A DNA stretch of 63,269 nucleotides, filler included, from Candidatus Eiseniibacteriota bacterium (GTDB taxonomy: Bacteria > Orphanbacterota > Orphanbacteria > Orphanbacterales > Orphanbacteraceae), in assembly GCA_043809585.1 (NCBI GenBank). It is 5 parts of 5 records of this genome, joined end to end, with 100 filler letters (N's around TTAATTAATTAA, not from the genome) between each part and the next. Parts side by side here need not be neighbours in the genome. Positions count along the whole stretch, not along the records: positions 1 to 28,740 come from JBDROZ010000086.1; 4 more parts are not named here. The stretch is one strand, 5' to 3'. Each line of letters starts with the position of its first letter. Positions within the stretch are counted from its first letter, which is position 1. The position numbers and the translations under genes are program-made. This document shows positions 18,059-28,100 of the stretch, piece after piece. The notes below the pieces were generated by a model. It made no database searches, was not told the origin of the DNA, and saw nothing but the letters and a program-made list of their open reading frames with translations.

Positions 18059-19870
18059 TCATCGGAGGAGCGTGATTTTCCGAGTCTCCACCCGGCCGTT
18101 CACCTCGAGCCGGGCGAAGTAGACGCCGCTCGGCGCTTGCCGGTCCCCATCGTCCGCCCCCGTCCAGACCGCCTCGTGAACGCCCGCTCCAAGAGGTCCC
18201 TGGAGGAGTGTCGCCACCCGGCGGCCGGCGGCGGAGTAGACCGACAAATCGACCGTCGATTCCACGGCGAGATCGAATCGAACCGTCGTCGAGGGGTTGA
18301 ACGGGTTCGGCGCGTTTTCCCGAAGGCCGAAGCGGGCCGGCGCGGGCTCGTCATCCACCCCGGTCGCGATGCTTCCGAAGGAGACCGACCCGCCGTCGAG
18401 GGCGAGATGGCTGGCGTGGGCCACGATGTCGGAGAAGGCGAAAGCGTCGAAATCGAACGAGGCAAGATCGAAGCCGAGGGCAATCGATGCGTGCCGCCAG
18501 GCGTAGGCGCCCCCTTCGCCCGGTCCCGGCGGGGCGGAGAGGGGAAGCCACGGCACGAGCATGGAGAGGCGGTCGCCGGGGAGCAGGAACTTCCAGAAGA
18601 CCGAGTCGCCGGCGGCGTTCTCGAGGCGCGCCGTCTGGAGATCCACGGCGGGGCTACCCGACAGGGGGTTCTCCGCGTCGCTCCAGGAAAAGACACCGTT
18701 GTCGTAGAAGAGGTCGAGGGGGAGGAAGAAATCGTCGATCGTCTCCGAGTAGGTCTGGCCGTGGGCGGACCGGTTCATGGCGACCAAAACGTCTTCGCCG
18801 ATGTCCGAGTCGAAGGCCACCGCCGGGAAAAAGGTCGTGCCGGCGAAGTCGTCCGCGGCGGCCGTCGTGGTCAAGGAGACCGTGCCGCCGCACGGGCCTC
18901 CGCCGCCGGGGCAGGAAACCGAGCCGAGGCCGAGGGGGGCGAGGCGGCCGTTGCCGTTCGCCCCGTCCAGGTCACCCGCGGAGATGCACCACGCCGTACC
19001 GTTCTCGGGCAGGTTCCCGACCGTGAGCCCCACGGTGTTCACCAGGTCCGGGTCGACGAAGAGGTCGGCGGAGGCGGTCGGACCGGCCACGGTGATGTCC
19101 AAGAGGTCCGTCTCCCGCCAGTCGAGGGCGGGAATCAAGTCGATGATGTCGACCGCGTTCGCCAGGTCCTGAAGGGCGACCCGCATCGAGAGGGCGACGA
19201 GGGTGTAGTCGCCGGGCTCGAGGAAGAGGGCATAGTGGTCCTTGACGATCTCCGTGAACACCTCGTACTGGGAGGGGATGAACATGTTCGACGGAACCGC
19301 GAAGGGCGTGCCCAGAATCTCGATCGTGTCGGGCGGTCCGAACAGGCTCCCCATGTCGAAGGACATCATGTCCTGCATGGAGAGCGCCGGCAGCACGACC
19401 GCCATGTCCAGATTCCCGTCGCCGATGTTGAACGAGCCGTTGTTGACGTCGATCCCGGACACGAAATCGCCCACCTCAAAGTCCACTCCGGCGGAAGAGA
19501 TCGGATCGAGGGGAAGAACGAGGTCGTCCCCCCCCACGTCGAAGATGGTGAAGTAGCCGTACCCCGGGGCCCCCGCGGTCACGGTCACCGGCCCCGTCAG
19601 TTCCGGATGGGCGAAGACGATTTCCCCGGCGCCGTCGGTGAATCCCCAGTTGCCCGGAAAGGGGAAGCCGTCGTAGAGGCCGACCATGACGAAGGCGCCC
19701 GGCAGGGGCGAGTGCGTGCTCCCGTCGACGACCCGGACGCCGAGGGACCCGTCGATCGTCCCCCCCCCCGTCCCTCCGGCGGGATCGGTCCCGAAGGAGA
19801 TCGCCGGGAGAGTGAGGACCAGGATCAAAAGAAGGGCGACAAGAGAGAGCGGGCGGCGGGCGGCGACCAT
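18059..19870 (-). CDS. Secreted acidic protein with C-terminal FlgD/T9SS-like sorting domain
   Basis: Signal peptide; carboxypeptidase-regulatory-like N domain; tail NAPNPFNPSTTVRF..VYSAAGRRVATL..WTGAD..SGVYFARL..KITLLR. Confidence 0.85.
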   Translation of the reverse strand: MVAARRPLSLVALLLILVLTLPAISFGTDPAGGTGGGTIDGSLGVRVVDGSTHSPLPGAFVMVGLYDGFPFPGNWGFTDGAGEIVFAHPELTGPVTVTAGAPGYGYFTIFDVGGDDLVLPLDPISSAGVDFEVGDFVSGIDVNNGSFNIGDGNLDMAVVLPALSMQDMMSFDMGSLFGPPDTIEILGTPFAVPSNMFIPSQYEVFTEIVKDHYALFLEPGDYTLVALSMRVALQDLANAVDIIDLIPALDWRETDLLDITVAGPTASADLFVDPDLVNTVGLTVGNLPENGTAWCISAGDLDGANGNGRLAPLGLGSVSCPGGGGPCGGTVSLTTTAAADDFAGTTFFPAVAFDSDIGEDVLVAMNRSAHGQTYSETIDDFFLPLDLFYDNGVFSWSDAENPLSGSPAVDLQTARLENAAGDSVFWKFLLPGDRLSMLVPWLPLSAPPGPGEGGAYAWRHASIALGFDLASFDFDAFAFSDIVAHASHLALDGGSVSFGSIATGVDDEPAPARFGLRENAPNPFNPSTTVRFDLAVESTVDLSVYSAAGRRVATLLQGPLGAGVHEAVWTGADDGDRQAPSGVYFARLEVNGRVETRKITLLR

Positions 19871-19960
19871 GGGGAGACCTCCTCCTCGAAAAGGGAGAGC
19901 GGCGAAGGGACGGCATTCCGCCGGTCCGATCGGCTTCGTCGTGTTCGTCCGGCCAAGCTA

Positions 19961-20121
19961 GTGACGTGTCCCAGGAGTTCCTTCCCCTCTGGATGGCCCT
20001 CGCGGCCCCCGGCAGCGTTGCTCCTCCTCGACGGTTCTCCCGGATACGCCTTCGTCGTCGCGCCTTGCCGGGAACCACGATCGCTCACCCGGATGGACAA
20101 GGTACTCCTGGGACACGACAC
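19961..20121. mobile_element. MITE-like element with decayed RPE1-like core
   Basis: TIRs GTGACGTGTCCCAGGAGT and ACTCCTGGGACACGACAC, CTAG at the left junction; core on minus strand CGAAGGCGTAT..CGTCGAGGA (20025-20054). Confidence 0.7.
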
Positions 20122-20338
20122 CCGGCAAGCGGTGAGATTCCATCGGACTCGTGATGTATACCACACTTAACCCCATGAAGTCAAGGAGGTTATGATCCGG
20201 CATTCCCGGCGCCCTCTCGTCGACCCCCCGCTCGCCCCGGTTCGCTGTGACCCTCGGGAGCGTCGCTGTGTCTTTTGGGCGGCGGACCGTCCCCCCGGGG
20301 TCCGTCATTCTGCTATCCTCCGAGGGAAGGGCGCATCC

Positions 20339-21118
20339 ATGGAAAAAGTCTGGACCATCGAGCAAGGTGAGGGGCCGCTCGTCGCCTCGGCGATCCACGA
20401 CGGCCACGCTGCGCGGCCCGAGGTGGCGCGGCTCCTCTCCATTTCCGAGGCGGACCGTCTCCGGGAAGAAGACCCTTTCACGGGGGGCTGGACGGCGATC
20501 GCTCCGACCAGGGTGATCGGCCGGCGCTCCCGGTTCGAGGTCGACCTGAACCGGCCCCGGAGCCGAGCGGTCTATGTCAACCCGGAAGACGCCTGGGGAC
20601 TCGAGGTCTGGAAGGAGACTCCGCCGGACGATCTCGTCTCCCGCTCCCTCGAGGAACATGACGCGTTCTACGACGCCATGCGCCGCCTTCTCTCCGGAAT
20701 CCGAGACCGGCACGGTCGATTCGTCGTTCTCGACCTGCACAGCTACAACCACCGGCGGGAGGGACCGGACGGCCCGAACGCGGACGAGACGGAGAACCCG
20801 GCGGTGAACCTCGGCACGGGGAACCTCGACCGGTCGGTCTGGTCGGGCGTCACGGACCGGTTCCTCGGCGAGCTGCGGGCCTTCGATTTTCCCGGCGGCC
20901 CGCTCGACGTCCGGGAGAACGTGAAGTTCCGGGGGGGAAATTTCTCCCGCTGGGTGAACGAGACGTTCCCCGGCGAGGGGTGCTCCCTCGCGATCGAATT
21001 CAAGAAGTTCTTCATGGACGAGTGGACCGGCGAAGCGGACCGGGCGCTCGTGGATGCGATCGGCGCGGCGCTCCGGCAGGCCGCCCGGGGAGTCATCGAG
21101 GAATTGGAAACGGGATGA
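20339..21118 (+). CDS. N-formylglutamate amidohydrolase family protein
   Basis: AIHDGH, REEDPFT, SRFEVDLNR, DLHSYN, ENVKFRGG, AIEFKK. Confidence 0.9.
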   Translation: MEKVWTIEQGEGPLVASAIHDGHAARPEVARLLSISEADRLREEDPFTGGWTAIAPTRVIGRRSRFEVDLNRPRSRAVYVNPEDAWGLEVWKETPPDDLVSRSLEEHDAFYDAMRRLLSGIRDRHGRFVVLDLHSYNHRREGPDGPNADETENPAVNLGTGNLDRSVWSGVTDRFLGELRAFDFPGGPLDVRENVKFRGGNFSRWVNETFPGEGCSLAIEFKKFFMDEWTGEADRALVDAIGAALRQAARGVIEELETG

Positions 21119-23031
21119 TCACGATACCGCAGACCGCGTCGGCGGTGATCACGGCGAGATTCGTGGACGAGGTGAGCGCCCGGATCGCCGCGGGGAAGCG
21201 GGTCCGGAGAAACCTACCCAAAGGGGGAAGAGTTCACATCGATCGTCCCCTCCCATTCCTCTGCGTCTACCGGCGCCCCGCGCGACATGATGATCCCGGT
21301 ACCGATCGAATCGTGACGACCGAGGCGTCCTACCTCGTCGCCTCCGGGGCGTCGAAGCAGCACGAAGGGACGGCCGCCCTCGTGCGGGGCCTGGTCCGTG
21401 GGCTGGCGCCTCAGTTCGGTGCTTTTCTTCTGCTCGAGATCTGGGCGGCCGATTCCCGCGACCCGGCCGCCGGGAACCATCGAGGGCCCTATTTCCGGAT
21501 CCACCATCCGCGGTCGGAGGAGCCGACGGGCTTCATCGACCGCTTCGAAAGCCATCTCACGCGAATCACGGTGCGCAGGGAGAAGGCGGGCGTGATCCAT
21601 CAGGAGACCTCTCATCCGCGCCCGCGGCGGTATCCGGCCCTGCTCTCCGAAGAGGAAGCGAAGCGCGAAGGCTGCGTGAGCCTCGGCCTCGAGGTCTCGC
21701 CGATCTACCGGGACGCCCGGAGCGGGGACCTTTACCCGCAGGTGCTCCGCGATCTCCGCCGCGGTCTCACCCGCGCCCTGCGCCTCGCGTTTTACGACTT
21801 CATGACCACGCGAACCACGCAGCGGCCCGCCCACTTCCACGTGCTCGGCCGGCGGGGCGTCGTCAAGGCGGTCTGGGAGGCGGACCGCCTCATCGCGGAT
21901 GTCTCCGACCGGTTCGACTTCCTCCTCCAAGTGACGCCGACCAACTCGGAGGAGGCGTGGAACGAATTTCGGAAATCCCGTTTCGAGAAGGCGCCCCTGT
22001 TCCACTACCGCCCCCTCCCCGCCGACCCGGTGGTGCTGAAACGGACCCTGTACGCGGCCCCCGTCGAGAGGATCGAGGACCCCGCCCTCTATCAGATCCT
22101 CCGGGAGAAGCAGGACGAGCTCGACCGGAAGATCACCATGCTCACCGACCTCAACAAGAAGCGTTTCCTCCTGGGGAGCATCCAGGTCTACGGCGACGTC
22201 GGCCCCTCGCTGAACGATCTCGCCCACCGGATTCTGGAGCGGATCTCCCCCCGGGCCCGGGAGGCGTCGGGGGGGGGCATGCTGGACGCCGAAGCGTTCG
22301 CGGAGAAGGCGCGCCGGGAAATCGCGTATTATCATTCACGGTGGCCGGACGTGGCGGCCCGCGTGTCGATCCGGGACGACGTGGTGAGCGGCCTCATGGT
22401 CTCCCGGGGGGGCCTTCTGATCGGAAGGAAGACCCGGATCCCCGAAGTACGCGCCGAGGCCCTGCTCCAGCACGAAGTGGGCACCCATGTGCTCACCTAC
22501 TACAACGGCCTGGCCCAGCCGTTCCGCCAGCTCTACTCGGGGCTGGCGGACTACGAGACCCTTCAGGAGGGGCTCGCGGTGCTCGCCGAGTATCTGGTGG
22601 GGGGCCTCTCCCGTCCCCGGCTCCGGCTGCTCGCCGCCCGGGTGAGCACCGTCCGGGATCTCGTCGATGGCGCGACTTTCGTCGATGCCTACAGGGCCCT
22701 CATCCGGGGTCACGGCGTCGAACAGCGAACGGCCTTCACCGTGGCCATGCGGATCTACCGGGGGGGCGGCCTGACCAAGGACGCGGTCTACCTGAAGGGG
22801 CTGCAGCAACTGCTTCGTTATCTCGGAGAGGGGGGCGACTTCGAACCCCTCTTTGTCGGCAAGGTGGCGGCCAAGCACGCGCCCGTGATCCGGGAACTTC
22901 TCTACCGGGAGGTGCTCCGGCGCCCCCCCCTCGCGCCGCGGTACCTCGAGGATCCGAAGGCCCGGGAACGACTCAAGAAACTGAGTGACGGCAGGACCGT
23001 CCTCGACTTGATCGAAAGGAGGTCGAATTGA
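21115..23031 (+). CDS. QEGLA-motif (DUF1704) metallopeptidase-like protein
   Basis: QHEVGTH (HExxxH), LQEGLAV, RGGGLTKDAVYL; ATGA overlap with the upstream gene. Confidence 0.9.
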   Translation: MITIPQTASAVITARFVDEVSARIAAGKRVRRNLPKGGRVHIDRPLPFLCVYRRPARHDDPGTDRIVTTEASYLVASGASKQHEGTAALVRGLVRGLAPQFGAFLLLEIWAADSRDPAAGNHRGPYFRIHHPRSEEPTGFIDRFESHLTRITVRREKAGVIHQETSHPRPRRYPALLSEEEAKREGCVSLGLEVSPIYRDARSGDLYPQVLRDLRRGLTRALRLAFYDFMTTRTTQRPAHFHVLGRRGVVKAVWEADRLIADVSDRFDFLLQVTPTNSEEAWNEFRKSRFEKAPLFHYRPLPADPVVLKRTLYAAPVERIEDPALYQILREKQDELDRKITMLTDLNKKRFLLGSIQVYGDVGPSLNDLAHRILERISPRAREASGGGMLDAEAFAEKARREIAYYHSRWPDVAARVSIRDDVVSGLMVSRGGLLIGRKTRIPEVRAEALLQHEVGTHVLTYYNGLAQPFRQLYSGLADYETLQEGLAVLAEYLVGGLSRPRLRLLAARVSTVRDLVDGATFVDAYRALIRGHGVEQRTAFTVAMRIYRGGGLTKDAVYLKGLQQLLRYLGEGGDFEPLFVGKVAAKHAPVIRELLYREVLRRPPLAPRYLEDPKARERLKKLSDGRTVLDLIERRSN

Positions 23032-24074
23032 AACTCGGATTGGTCGTCAACGACGTCATGACCGAACAGACCGGATACACCACCAGCCGTCTCGGCACGG
23101 CGGCGGTCAACATGGGGCACGAGGTGTGGGTGATCGGGGTGGGGGATCTCGCCTACGATCCGGACGACATCATCCGGGCCCGGGCCCGGAGCGTACCCAA
23201 GAAGAAGTACACCACGTCGGAGACGTACCTCCGGGACCTCCAGGGGAAGAACGCGATCAAGAAGAGGATCAGCGTCGACGAGATCGACGTCCTCCTCCTC
23301 CGGAACGATCCGGCCAACGACGCGATCGCCCGGCCTTGGGCGGTGAATGCCGGAATCCAGTTCGGTCGCGCGGCGATGCGGCACGGCGTCATCGTCCTGA
23401 ACGACCCGAACGGCCTCGCCCGGGCGATGAGCAAGATGTACTTCCAGCTCTTCCCGGAGGAGGTGCGCCCGAAAACGCTCATCACCCGGGACGCGGAGGA
23501 GATTCGGGATTTCGCGAAGTCGGAGGGGGGCACGATCGTCATCAAGCCGATGCAGGGGTCGGGAGGGCAGAGCGTCTTCCTCGTCCGCCCCGAAGACGTG
23601 CCGAACCTGAACCAGATGATCGACGCCGTCAGCCGGGACGGGTACGTCATCGCCCAGGAGTACCTCCCCGCCGCCGCGGAAGGGGACATGCGCCTCTTCC
23701 TCATGAACGGCGCGCCGCTCCGGCACAAGGGGAAGTACGCCGCCTTCCGCCGGGTCCGGACCGGGGGCGACATGCGGTCGAACATCCATGCCGGCGGGAA
23801 ACTGCGGGAAGCGAAGATCGACGACGCGGCACTCCGCATCGCGGAGATCGTGCGCCCGAAGATCGTCCAGGACGGCATGTTTCTGGTGGGGCTCGACATC
23901 GTCGGCGACAAGCTGATGGAGATCAACGTATTCAGCCCCGGAGGCCTCGGCAGCGCCCAGAAGTTCGAAGGCGTCAATTTCACCAACGCCGTCCTCCACG
24001 CCCTCGAGCGCAAGGTGCAGTACATGTCCTACTACCGGCGGAACTTCGACAACGTGGAGATGGCGACCCTCTAA
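23028..24074 (+). CDS. Glutathione synthetase-like ATP-grasp ligase
   Basis: LLRNDP, VLNDPNGL, IKPMQGSGGQSVF, QEYLP..GDMRL, RSNIHAGG, GLDIVG..EINVFSPGG; TTGA overlap. Confidence 0.9.
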   Translation: MKLGLVVNDVMTEQTGYTTSRLGTAAVNMGHEVWVIGVGDLAYDPDDIIRARARSVPKKKYTTSETYLRDLQGKNAIKKRISVDEIDVLLLRNDPANDAIARPWAVNAGIQFGRAAMRHGVIVLNDPNGLARAMSKMYFQLFPEEVRPKTLITRDAEEIRDFAKSEGGTIVIKPMQGSGGQSVFLVRPEDVPNLNQMIDAVSRDGYVIAQEYLPAAAEGDMRLFLMNGAPLRHKGKYAAFRRVRTGGDMRSNIHAGGKLREAKIDDAALRIAEIVRPKIVQDGMFLVGLDIVGDKLMEINVFSPGGLGSAQKFEGVNFTNAVLHALERKVQYMSYYRRNFDNVEMATL

Positions 24075-24114
24075 TTCCCGCAGGCGCCGAACCGGGCGTC
24101 CCCTGAAAAATACC

Positions 24115-24143
24115 CGGGGGCGGGTCCGAAGACCCGTCCCCTG
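24115..24143 (+). terminator. Hairpin, probable terminator after the ATP-grasp gene
   Basis: GGGGCGGGTC-CGAA-GACCCGTCCCC followed by TGTT. Confidence 0.5.
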
Positions 24144-24303
24144 TTCCAAACCCGCACCAGCCACGCAACTCGTTACGTATCCATCTGTTTCGGACCCCAT
24201 CAAGGAACTTCCTCGCCCTGTCGAAAAGTGGAGGTGACAAGAAACGGCCCCCGGTGGGGGGCCTGAAAAGGTCGCGATCGTTACGTCTCCAAGGGAGGAA
24301 ACC

Positions 24304-24978
24304 ATGACCCACCATGCGCTACGGATCGGTGTCGCCCTCGCCGCCGCGCTTCTCGTCGGGGCGGCCGGCGCTTCGGCCCAGGTCCTCATCAACGAGGTCG
24401 ACTGCGACACGCCCGGTCTCGACAACAAGGAGTTCATCGAGCTGATCGGGCCGGCCGGCCACTCTCTCGACGGCTACGTTCTCGTTCTCTACAACGGGTA
24501 TCTGAACTCGGCCTACCAGACGTGGGACCTGGACGGGTACTCGATCGGGGGGAACGGTTACTTCCTCGTCGGGAACCAGGGGGTCTCCCCGGCGGCCGAC
24601 ATCGTCTTCGCCGACAACCTTCTCCAGAATGGCGCCGACGCGGTCGCCCTCTACCTGGGCGACGGAACCGACTTCCCGTGGGGCGAACCGGTGAAAACCG
24701 AGAACCTCGTCGACGCGTTCGTGTACGACACGAACGACCCGGACGACCCGGGCATCATGATTCTCCTCGAGGCCGGGCAGGTTCAGGTGAACGAAGACGA
24801 GCTGGGCGACGCGGTCAACCACTCGAGCCAGCGCTGCCCCGACGGCGAAGGCGGGGCCCGCGTCACGACCCACTTCTACCAGGGGATTCCGACCCCCGGC
24901 GCCTCCAACAGCTCCGTCTGCGGCTTCACCTCCACCGAGACCACCTCGTGGGGCGAGATCAAGGCCCTCTTCCGGTAA
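24304..24978 (+). CDS. Secreted lamin-tail-domain (LTD)-like protein with SWGxIK C-terminal motif
   Basis: Signal peptide, VLINEVD..EFIEL..LQNGADAVALY..PTPGASN, tail TETTSWGEIKALFR; RBS GGAGG. Confidence 0.85.
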   Translation: MTHHALRIGVALAAALLVGAAGASAQVLINEVDCDTPGLDNKEFIELIGPAGHSLDGYVLVLYNGYLNSAYQTWDLDGYSIGGNGYFLVGNQGVSPAADIVFADNLLQNGADAVALYLGDGTDFPWGEPVKTENLVDAFVYDTNDPDDPGIMILLEAGQVQVNEDELGDAVNHSSQRCPDGEGGARVTTHFYQGIPTPGASNSSVCGFTSTETTSWGEIKALFR

Positions 24979-25001
24979 GACGAAGCACGATTGAGGTATT
25001 C

Positions 25002-25037
25002 GAAGCCCCCGCTGTAATGGCGGGGGCTTCTTTGTTT
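25002..25037 (+). terminator. Intrinsic terminator
   Basis: GAAGCCCCCGC..GCGGGGGCTTC followed by TTTGTTT. Confidence 0.8.
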
Positions 25038-25063
25038 CCCGGAAAGCGCACGCCACTCTCCCC

Positions 25064-25092
25064 TTGCCCCTCCCCCGGTCCTCTTCTATGAT
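25064..25092 (+). promoter_or_regulatory. Candidate sigma-70 promoter
   Basis: TTGCCC-N17-TATGAT upstream of the 25148 CDS. Confidence 0.5.
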
Positions 25093-25147
25093 TCGGGTTC
25101 ACCGTCGCCCGTGAAGCACCCCATCTACTATAGGAGAGCGGGACACC

Positions 25148-28100
25148 TTGAAACGAGCGGTCCTCGCCCTACTCTTCTTCCTCTCCGGCGCCGCGGGGCT
25201 GATCTACCAGGTTGTCTGGGGACGGTACTTGACCCTCCTCTTCGGTTCGACGACCTTGGCGGTGAGCACCGTAGTCACCTCGTTCATGGCCGGACTCGGC
25301 CTCGGGAGCTATCTCTTCGGCCGCTACGTCGACCGCACCGGCCGCCCCCTCCGGCTCTACGCCGTTCTCGAAGTGGGAATCGCCGCCGCGGCCCTTCTCT
25401 TCCCCTTCATCCTCGGGCTACTGGAGATCCCTTTTCTGCGGCTTCGCTGGGCCTTCTCCGATTCCCGCCTCCTCTTCCCCCTCGCCCGCTTCCTCCTCTG
25501 CTTCGTCGGGCTCCTTCTGCCGACGATTCTCATGGGCGGCACGCTGCCGGCGATCACCCGCTACTTCGTCCGGGACCGGCGCACCCTCGGACGAGGGGTG
25601 GGGGCCCTCTACGCGGTGAACACCTTCGGGGCGATGGCGGGGTGCGTGGCGGCGGGCTTCTTCCTGATCGCCGAGATCGGAACGGAGGGAGCGGTCCGGG
25701 TCGGCGTGGCGCTGAATCTTCTCGCCGCCGCGGGGGCGTGGGTGATCTCGCGGACCGGGGAAGGGGAACGGCCCGCGCCCGCGGGCGAGAGCGCGCCGGC
25801 GGAAAGGGCGCCGGGCCCGGTCGAGGGCGATCTGCCCGTTTCGCCGGCGTGGATCCTCTTTCTCTTCGCCGTCGCCGGTTTCACGTCTCTCGCCTACGAG
25901 GTTCTCTGGACGAGGGCCCTCCTCTTCTTTCTCGGCCACTTCGCCGCCTACGCCTTCGCGACCATTCTCACCACGTTCCTCTTCGGGATCGCCGCGGGGA
26001 GCGCCGCCTATCCCCTCCTCTTCCGGAAGGGGAGAAATCTTCTCCTCGGCTTCGCCCTCATCGAAATCGGGATCGGGATCTTCGGTGCCGCCTCGATCGC
26101 CGTCTTCGGCGGGCTCTTCGAGCTGATCGAGGTGTTCGAAAGGGCCTTTCCGAGCGGAAGCTGGTGGAAGTTCATCCTCGCCCGCGCGGGGGGGAGCTTC
26201 GCCGTCGTGCTCCTTCCCACATTCCTGATGGGCGTCTCCTTCCCCCTGGTGAGCGCGATGTACGCCCGGGCGGGGCGCGGCTACGGCTCCACCGTGGGAA
26301 ACGTCTATGCGGCGAACACCGCCGGAGCGATTCTCGGGAGTCTCCTCGCCGGCTTCCTCCTTCTTCCCCTGCTCGGCCAGTCAGAGAGCATCGCCTTCGT
26401 CGCCCTTCTGAACGTGGTCCTCGGCGGCGTCCTCCTCTCTCTCGCCGCCCCGCGCGGGCGGGGCCGCTCCTTGGCGCTCGCCTTCGCCCTCCTCCTGGCG
26501 GCGGCCGGCGCGGGCAACCTGATCGGGGCGGAGATGCGCCCCATGATCCTCCACACCCAGCACTTCGCCGACCCGAACCGGCCGGTGGAGCTTCTCTATT
26601 TCGACGAGGGGGCCACGGCGTCGATCGCCGTTCTCCACGACGTGAATCTCGACCACTTGGAGCTGAACATCAACGGGGAGTCGACGGCGTACACGACGTA
26701 CACGGACATGCAGGTTCACCTCGCCCTCGCCCACATTCCCCTCCTCCTCGTCGAGAATCCGAAGAAGGTGCTCGTCATCGGCTTCGGCCTCGGGTCCACG
26801 TCGTACGGGTCGGTGGTTCATCCTTCCGTGGAGGAGGTGCGCTGCGTCGAGCTGGTCCCGAAGGAGGTGGAGACGGCCCCCTACTTCGAGGGGGTCAACC
26901 ACGGCGTCCTCGACAATCCCAAGTTCCGTCTCGTCATCGACGACGGGCGGAACTACGTCTTCACCACCAAGGATACCTTCGACTTCATCTCCTTCAACGC
27001 CGTCCACCCGAGCCACAGCCCCGCCCTCTACACCGTCGAGTTTTACGAACAGTGCCGGGAGCGCCTCGGCGAGGAAGGCGTCATCTGCGCGTGGGTTCCG
27101 AACAATGACTTCTCGGAGGACCAGTTCCGCAGCCTCCTCCGGACGTTCACCTTCGTCTTTCCCCACTCCTCGCTCTGGTACGTCAACCCGAACCACCTCG
27201 TCCTGATCGGCACGATGAAGGAGCTCCGGATCCCCCTCGCCCGCTTCCGGGAGAAGGCGGCTTACGGCCCCGTCCGTGAGGATCTGGAGCGCTACACCAT
27301 GGACGATCCCTTCCAGCTCCTCGCCTACCACCTGATGGACGAAACCGCCCTCGATCGCTACACCACCGGCGCGCCGATCAATTCGGACGTGCATCCGACG
27401 ATCGAGTTCTCCCACGAACTCGGGACACGGCCGGAGATCCTGGACGCCATGCTCTACCACCGATCGAGCGTCTTCCCCTATCTCGTCATCGACGGCGATG
27501 AGGAAGCGGTGCGCGACACGCTGCTCCGGTACGAGCGGGCCACCTTCCACCTGGTCTCGGCCCAGGGAATCCTGTGGCGCGTCGCCCGCCATCCCGAGGG
27601 GGAAGACATCGTGGCCCTTTCGGACGTGGAGTTCCGTGAGGCGTTCCGTTTTCTGCCGGGCGACCGGAACCTCGGCGTCCTCTCCGAGACGGGGGACGCG
27701 GACATAACGAAAGCGGAGAAGAGGCTGCGCGAGAACCCCGAGGACGGGGAGGCGCTCCACAAACTTCTCCGCATCGACTCCTTCCGCGGGAAGTGGGAGA
27801 GTTCGGAGAAGGCCCTCGCCCTCTTCCGGGGGAAGAGGACCCTCGGTGTCGCCCTCGCGGAGGCCGCGGTGCGCTTCGAGCGGGGGGACCTGGAAGGGGC
27901 GGAGCGCCTTTTCGCGGAGCTCGCCGGGGCGCCATCGCCCCACATTCGACAGAGGGTGGGTCTATACGTCGAGGCGATCCGGGCGGAACGAAGGAGGGCG
28001 TCCACCGGTCTCTCGGGGGAAGAGTTCGTCGTTCTCGCCGAGCGCTACTGGTCCCTCGGGGAGCGGCAGAGGGCGGAGGACGCCTTCCTCGACGCCCTCG

